Shown: piece after piece, positions 24,232 to 28,429 of the stretch | Layout of the letters: each line of letters starts with the position of its first letter | Numbering within the stretch: the first letter of the stretch is position 1 | Notes under the pieces: generated by a model | The model's input: the letters and a program-made list of their open reading frames with translations, nothing else | Told to the model about the DNA's origin: nothing | Databases searched by the model: none | IMG/VR virus record: IMGVR_UViG_3300037408_000622 | Coordinates: 1 to 28,429 of that record | Reading direction: 5' to 3' (one strand) | DNA length: 28,429 nucleotides | Source: a virus | Lineage: Duplodnaviria > Caudoviricetes | Position numbers and translations under genes: made by a program

Positions 24232-24382
24232 CCTGCTCCACCGCGGCCACGAACACGCTCCACGGGTACTGCCACACCCCGGCCCCGTGCCCGAGCTGCG
24301 CCAGCGCGACGGCCGCGCGCTCTAGCTGCCGACGCTGCTCGACGGGATCGCCGCCCGTGTCCGGCTCAACATCCCGAAAAAA
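24212..24382 (-). CDS. -1 frameshift extension of the tail assembly chaperone (gpT-like)
   Basis: T-TTT-TTC slippery site at 24382-24376 is in frame with the chaperone. The -1 frame stays open to 24212 (LAQLGH..VWQYPWSVF). Confidence 0.75.
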   Translation of the reverse strand, partial: FFRDVEPDTGGDPVEQRRQLERAAVALAQLGHGAGVWQYPWSVFVAAVEQATAGGR

Positions 24383-24660
24383 TCCGCGTTGACCTCCCGG
24401 CACGCAGCGAGCAGCACCTCGCGCAAGACCGACGGCTCGACATCGGCTAGCGCGTCGGCAGGGAAGTCTGTTATGTCCCCCAGCAGCAGCAGCGCCGTCT
24501 GGTCGGCCGGATCGTCGAGCAGCGCCAGCGCGGTCATGACAGCCGGCGCCGCCTCCTGCGGGGTCTCCGCCGCCGCCATGACGTCGCGGATCTCGCCGAA
24601 GGTCAGCTCCTTGACGGTGACGTCCCTGTCACCCACTCGCACGAGGCGCGTTACAGCCAT
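24322..24660 (-). CDS. Tail assembly chaperone (gpG-like)
   Basis: V.VKELT.GEIR...PS.L......REVNADFF; lies between the tail tube and tape measure genes. Confidence 0.85.
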   Translation of the reverse strand: MAVTRLVRVGDRDVTVKELTFGEIRDVMAAAETPQEAAPAVMTALALLDDPADQTALLLLGDITDFPADALADVEPSVLREVLLAACREVNADFFGMLSRTRAAIPSSSVGS

Positions 24661-24663
24661 GGC

Positions 24664-25446
24664 TTATGCCGGCCGCCCGTCGACGTAGATCGCTTCGGTG
24701 GTGTCGTTCAGCTTCAGGACCTCGATCTCCAGCTCGATCTCGGCGTAGGCCGGATTCTCCGGGTCGCCCTTGATGAGGTACTCGCCGGTGGGCGAGAGAT
24801 TCACCTTCGGGAAGTAGTAGTCCTTGTTGGCACCCTTGGCGTTGTCGGCGATGACGCGCAGCGCCCCCTGCGCCTGGACACCGGTGGACTTGATGCGCTT
24901 CCAGCTCTTGGCCGCCACCGTGTAGTCCACCTGGATATCTGCGCCCGACGCGATGCCGCCGCCCGGCACGATGTAGAGGCGACCAAGATCGGCGTCCACG
25001 GTGTAGTCTGTCGTGACGACGTAGGGAGTACCGCCACCAGAGGGCTCGACCGTGACCGCAGAAATCTTGCGTACGCCGCTCGGCTGCGCGGTGCTGACAC
25101 CGAGCTGGTAGTACAGACCCTGCTGCACGTCGGCGTGCGCCTCGGCGGTGACCGTCGCCGCGCCTTGGGTGACCGTCTCGACGATGCCGAGCAGGCCGAG
25201 GGCCAGGTTGTCGTCGTCGATGTTGCGCAGCTTGGTCTTGAAGGTCCGGTCGACCCGCAGCGTAGTCTCGTCAACCTTCTCCGCTAGCCCGTCCTCGTTG
25301 CTGTAGCACGCGATCTTGTTGACCGTGGAGCCAACCGAGGCAGACTGCGAGTTCCCCATGTAGCGCTCGCCGGTCTTGGTGTTCGTGCCGTCCACGAAGC
25401 GGTCGAAGTACAGCTTGCCGCCTGGTACCGTCAAATTGTCAGCCAT
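24664..25446 (-). CDS. Major tail tube protein
   Basis: GGKLYFDRF..GERYMGN...NLAL...GALR..ADN..G.N.DYYFPKV.LSP.G; GAGG RBS. Confidence 0.88.
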   Translation of the reverse strand: MADNLTVPGGKLYFDRFVDGTNTKTGERYMGNSQSASVGSTVNKIACYSNEDGLAEKVDETTLRVDRTFKTKLRNIDDDNLALGLLGIVETVTQGAATVTAEAHADVQQGLYYQLGVSTAQPSGVRKISAVTVEPSGGGTPYVVTTDYTVDADLGRLYIVPGGGIASGADIQVDYTVAAKSWKRIKSTGVQAQGALRVIADNAKGANKDYYFPKVNLSPTGEYLIKGDPENPAYAEIELEIEVLKLNDTTEAIYVDGRPA

Positions 25447-25506
25447 GTCAGTTACCTCACGATTGCGACAGTAGATGCCGCATCACGCGGCGACGGATGG
25501 CGGCTT

Positions 25507-26094
25507 TCAGTTGACTTCACTTCTGGCCACCTTCAAGAGATTGGCGATCTGGTCGAGCAGCTCGGCCAGAATCGGCGAGGACGGTTTCTGAATGGCCGGC
25601 TCGGCGTTGTCGAGCGATGCCATGACAGTGAACACGCGCACCATCCAGCCGCGCCCGTAGGTCTGCCAGTTGCGGTTGCCGGCGTAGCGCAGCACGCGGG
25701 TCGCCTGAAACTGCGCAATGACCCAGCCCTCGCCATGCTGGTCGATGGCGTCCTGCAACGCGGCGACCGTGAGCGGACCGATGATTCCGTCCTGCTTCGC
25801 GTGCAAGATGCCTTGAAGCATCTGCACGGCAGCGCCGTTGCCCTGATTCACGGCCGAGTCGAATAGCGTGGCAGCCAACCGGTTCGACACGTCGTAGATG
25901 CGCGCAGCGGTCGGGTTCCAGTAGTCGGCGCGGTAGATCTCCCGCGCCCGCTCGACCGTCAGGTTTGCGATGTCCTCGTTCGGGTGCGCCTTCTTGCTGA
26001 TGCCGTACTTCGTCTCGCCGCCAGGGTCACGCGGGTCGTTGACGTAGCCGCCCTCCAGCTTGAGGATCAAGTCGATGGCTTCGTTGGGCGTCAC
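25507..26094 (-). CDS. Endolysin, glycoside hydrolase family 108 with PG-binding domain
   Basis: EGGYVNDPRDPGGETKYGI, YW, FD.AVN.G, DGIIGP.T, YGRGW..R. Confidence 0.93.
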   Translation of the reverse strand: MTPNEAIDLILKLEGGYVNDPRDPGGETKYGISKKAHPNEDIANLTVERAREIYRADYWNPTAARIYDVSNRLAATLFDSAVNQGNGAAVQMLQGILHAKQDGIIGPLTVAALQDAIDQHGEGWVIAQFQATRVLRYAGNRNWQTYGRGWMVRVFTVMASLDNAEPAIQKPSSPILAELLDQIANLLKVARSEVN

Positions 26095-26621
26095 TTCGGA
26101 TACTCCATCTTCGCCAGCATCTCGGTCTTGGCGCGCGAGCCGGCGGTCGTGCCGTGGTAGTACGCCATCGCGCCGAGCCAGACGGTGCCCAGCGAGCCGA
26201 GCAGAAGGTTGACGGTGTCGCGTGCGCTATCCGGCACGCCCCACGCCATGACGGACCCGAGCACTCCGAAGAACCCAACGGTCAGCAGATAGGCGAGCAC
26301 GCGGGGAGTCCACTGGTCGCCGGTCGCGATCTCGCGCTGACGGGCGGAGGCGCGGTCCTCGTTCGCCAGCTTCTCGATGTCGACGCTCAGCGCCGCCATG
26401 TCTTTCTTGAATTGGAGGTCGGCCTGCTTGAGCGCGATGAGCTGGTCAGGCGTCGCGGACTGCACTGCCATCGCGATCGCTTCCTCGCTGGTGTCGGTCG
26501 CGTCGGCGCCGAGCAGGGCGTCGGTGATGACCTTGGTCGCCATCCCGGCCAACGGCGTGCCCAGCGCAGTTGCCAGCGCCGGGGCGACGGTACGGACGAT
26601 GGCCTTCCAGTCGAAGTTCAC
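26091..26621 (-). CDS. Holin (3TM/GTA-holin-like)
   Basis: VAPALATALG.PLAG...DRASARQRE...PR plus two TM helices ...YYHG; GTGA overlap with the endolysin. Confidence 0.75.
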   Translation of the reverse strand: MNFDWKAIVRTVAPALATALGTPLAGMATKVITDALLGADATDTSEEAIAMAVQSATPDQLIALKQADLQFKKDMAALSVDIEKLANEDRASARQREIATGDQWTPRVLAYLLTVGFFGVLGSVMAWGVPDSARDTVNLLLGSLGTVWLGAMAYYHGTTAGSRAKTEMLAKMEYPK

Positions 26622-26707
26622 TTGCTCCCCCAATCAACGATCTGGGCAACGATCAGGGCGCCAATGAGGATGGTGGCGACCATGAACACCGCGTCCATCA
26701 GCTCCAT
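26618..26707 (-). CDS. 29-aa single-TM peptide
   Basis: MELMDAVFMVATILIGALIVAQIVDWGSK; GGAGG RBS; coupled at both ends. Confidence 0.6.
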   Translation of the reverse strand: MELMDAVFMVATILIGALIVAQIVDWGSK

Positions 26708-27129
26708 CACGGCCCTCCGTGAATCTTGTAGAACAACTGAATGCCGGCGATCAGCAGGCCGGCGCCGATCCCGATGCCGACGATCCAAGACCGCAGGCTT
26801 GCCAGCCGCTCGGCGCACAGCGCCTGAGCCTCGCCGACCTTGCTGACCTTGCGGCTGATCTCGTCGTCCTTCGCCATGTCCTGTTCGCTGTGATGGCGCA
26901 TGGCATCGATCAGCTCGGCGTGGGCCTTCTCCATGCTGGCGAGCAGCGTCGTGCGCACGCCGTCAACGCGATCCCGGAGCCCGTCCAGCGATTGCCGCAG
27001 CATGTTGATCTCGCGAGCGTGCGCCTCGATCTGACCCTCGATCTTGCCGACCCGCTCTCTTAGCGGGGCGACGTGTTCGTGGATGTGGATCTGAACGTCC
27101 CGTTCGATCGACTTACCCTCCTCGCTCAC
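26707..27129 (-). CDS. Coiled-coil protein with C-terminal TM helix (lysis-cassette associated)
   Basis: Heptad region followed by WIVGIGIGAGLLIAGIQLF; GGAGG RBS. Confidence 0.75.
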   Translation of the reverse strand: MSEEGKSIERDVQIHIHEHVAPLRERVGKIEGQIEAHAREINMLRQSLDGLRDRVDGVRTTLLASMEKAHAELIDAMRHHSEQDMAKDDEISRKVSKVGEAQALCAERLASLRSWIVGIGIGAGLLIAGIQLFYKIHGGP

Positions 27130-27256
27130 GCGGTGGCCTCCCTCGGCGCTTCGGCGCTACGGTCTCGTCCGGTACAACAGGAGGAGTGCCGACAGGAGGG
27201 GACGGCGGCTGCTCGCGCAGTCGACGCCGGGCGCGGTTGAATGCAGTCAGCCCCAT
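27113..27256 (-). CDS. Small basic protein after the capsid gene (47 aa)
   Basis: MGLTAFNRARRR...PKRRGRPP; GGAG RBS. Confidence 0.65.
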   Translation of the reverse strand: MGLTAFNRARRRLREQPPSPPVGTPPVVPDETVAPKRRGRPPRERGG

Positions 27257-27270
27257 GCCGAGCTCCGTCA

Positions 27271-27292
27271 GCCCGGGGCCGAAGCCCCGGGC
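27271..27292 (-). terminator. UUCG-tetraloop hairpin after the capsid gene
   Basis: Perfect 9-bp stem GCCCGGGGC/GCCCCGGGC. There is no U tract, so it may act as a pause or stability element. Confidence 0.5.
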
Positions 27293-27302
27293 CTTCCGCC
27301 TA

Positions 27303-28256
27303 TCAGGCCAGCTTGTGCTTGAACGCGACGACGGGAACCTGTTTGGTGTCGAACACGCCAAGCCAGTTCGTGCCCGTCTCGAGTTCGGTGCGGGTCGGGA
27401 AGTCCCCCGCCGGCGTGCCCTGCCACCGCGCGCCCTTGGGGTGCAGGATCAGCCGACGCCGCATGGCGATGTAGTCATCACCGGCCAAGATGTCGCGATC
27501 CTGCTCGACGTCGCTCGGACCGATAACGCCATCCACGTAGCCGACCGCGCCGGGGCCGAACAGGTAAGTGGTGTAGGTGCCGGTCGCCACCGGCAGCGTG
27601 TCGTCGACGATCACGCGCCGCCCCTGGAAATAGGCCACACGCGCCGGAGCCTCCGAGGGCCGCTCGTAGATCAGCATTTCCTTCTTTTGCAGGAAGGTCT
27701 CCGTGGCCGAGTGCATCGCGATCAACTGGAGCTGGCTCTTAGCATCGCCAAGCTTCTGGGCGGCATCAGCGAAGTGCGTCCCGAGCGGGGTCCGGTCATC
27801 CGCAGCCGCGCCCGCGCTGATGTCATGGACGTTGCCAGACATGGACGCAGCCGCGAGGTATCCCTTCAGCGTGGCAAGCAGATCTTTTTGGTACTGCGAC
27901 GCCCACCACTGAGCGATCTGATCCATGATCGCCCTGGCGGGGTCGGCGCCCGCCATCAGGCCGGCCAGATCGTTCGCGCCCCAGGCTCGACCGCGGCCGA
28001 GGACAACGGCCACCTGTTTGCCGGTGCCGATGTTCGCCGGGGTCAGCGGCGCGTCGTCGGCAAGAACCTCGGCGTCGCCCGTCAGCGGGTTGAAGTGCGG
28101 CATGTTCACTGTGCCGCCGCCCTGGGGAAGCGCGACACCGTCGACGTTCGCAACCACCCCAGACTGCCAGAAAGCCGAAAGCTCGGTCGATCGGCGCAGC
28201 CCGTAGTCGCGCCAGTTCTCGGGGGTGATGATGTCGGTGATGCGAGTAACAGCCAT
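27303..28256 (-). CDS. Major capsid protein, SPP1 gp13-like
   Basis: T.I.DII.PE..Y...LSAF.QSG..GG.T.NMP..L.GD..VL...A...RG.AW...DLA...G.DP...KLGD...I.MHSAT...RVIVDD..P...YLFG.GA...LHP.G...NW..V.D.K....FKH.L. Confidence 0.92.
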   Translation of the reverse strand: MAVTRITDIITPENWRDYGLRRSTELSAFWQSGVVANVDGVALPQGGGTVNMPHFNPLTGDAEVLADDAPLTPANIGTGKQVAVVLGRGRAWGANDLAGLMAGADPARAIMDQIAQWWASQYQKDLLATLKGYLAAASMSGNVHDISAGAAADDRTPLGTHFADAAQKLGDAKSQLQLIAMHSATETFLQKKEMLIYERPSEAPARVAYFQGRRVIVDDTLPVATGTYTTYLFGPGAVGYVDGVIGPSDVEQDRDILAGDDYIAMRRRLILHPKGARWQGTPAGDFPTRTELETGTNWLGVFDTKQVPVVAFKHKLA

Positions 28257-28267
28257 GATCTAGCTCC

Positions 28268-28429
28268 TTAAGTGGCCGCCGCAGCCTTGAGCTGTTCGGC
28301 GAGCTGGGGGTTTTCCTTGCGCAGCGCGATCTGTTCGGTGAGGTTGAACGTCTCGCGCGCAAACGGGTTCTTGGTCGTGGCCGGAGCGGCTCCCCCGCCC
28401 GGGCGATAACCGGAGCCTCCCGCCCCAGC
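28268..28429 (-). CDS. Capsid scaffolding protein, C-terminus (partial)
   Basis: Hand translation ...KNPFARETFNLTEQIALRKENPQLAEQLKAAAAT*; immediately upstream of the capsid gene. Confidence 0.8.
   Translation of the reverse strand, partial: AGAGGSGYRPGGGAAPATTKNPFARETFNLTEQIALRKENPQLAEQLKAAAAT

Larger units (their letters stand above)
1..28429. mobile_element. Temperate siphophage genome segment (lambdoid order; apparently excised or circularly permuted form)
   Basis: Terminase, replication, cI/cro, recombination, integrase, tail, lysis and capsid genes are contiguous with no host genes. int converges on the tail end across an attP-like site. Confidence 0.95.

Noticed and set aside
26707-27129. 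i-spanin assignment for the coiled-coil protein
   Set aside because: The TM helix is C-terminal, whereas i-spanins are N-anchored, and no partner lipoprotein is visible.
1-28429. tRNA, rRNA or IS elements
   Set aside because: No cloverleaf or T-loop signature, rRNA-like sequence or transposase was recognised by eye.

Overview
The whole window is a high-GC temperate siphophage with a lambdoid gene order. No host genes are visible, and int faces the end of the tail genes across an intact attP-like site, so this looks like the excised or circularly permuted form. Minus strand, right to left: scaffold (partial), SPP1 gp13-like major capsid, a lysis cassette (holin, GH108 endolysin), tail tube, a frameshifted tail chaperone, tape measure, and tail tip and receptor-binding genes (28429-15370). 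Next come a candidate attP (15182-15375) and a three-gene cargo operon built from repeated cassettes (14459-15211). The plus-strand PL early operon encodes small ORFs, a YqaJ exonuclease, Bet, a Lar-like protein, Xis and Int (9347-14432). A 4.4-kb accessory island lies between cI and PL: a HipA-like kinase with partner, a truncated secreted-protein gene, hicAB and two distant paralogues. The cI/cro switch has TAGCA-N3-TGCTA operators. The PR operon (CII-like, TraR/DksA, VRR-NUC, DUF1376 initiator with iterons, loader-like protein) runs straight into terS and terL. The best candidates for new biology are the cI-coupled kinase and paralogue island, the int-attP mini-gene array with CsrA/RsmA-type hairpins, an armless HU/IHF-like protein, and an antisense membrane peptide upstream of the tape measure gene. 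All family assignments come from motif recognition by eye; no searches were run.
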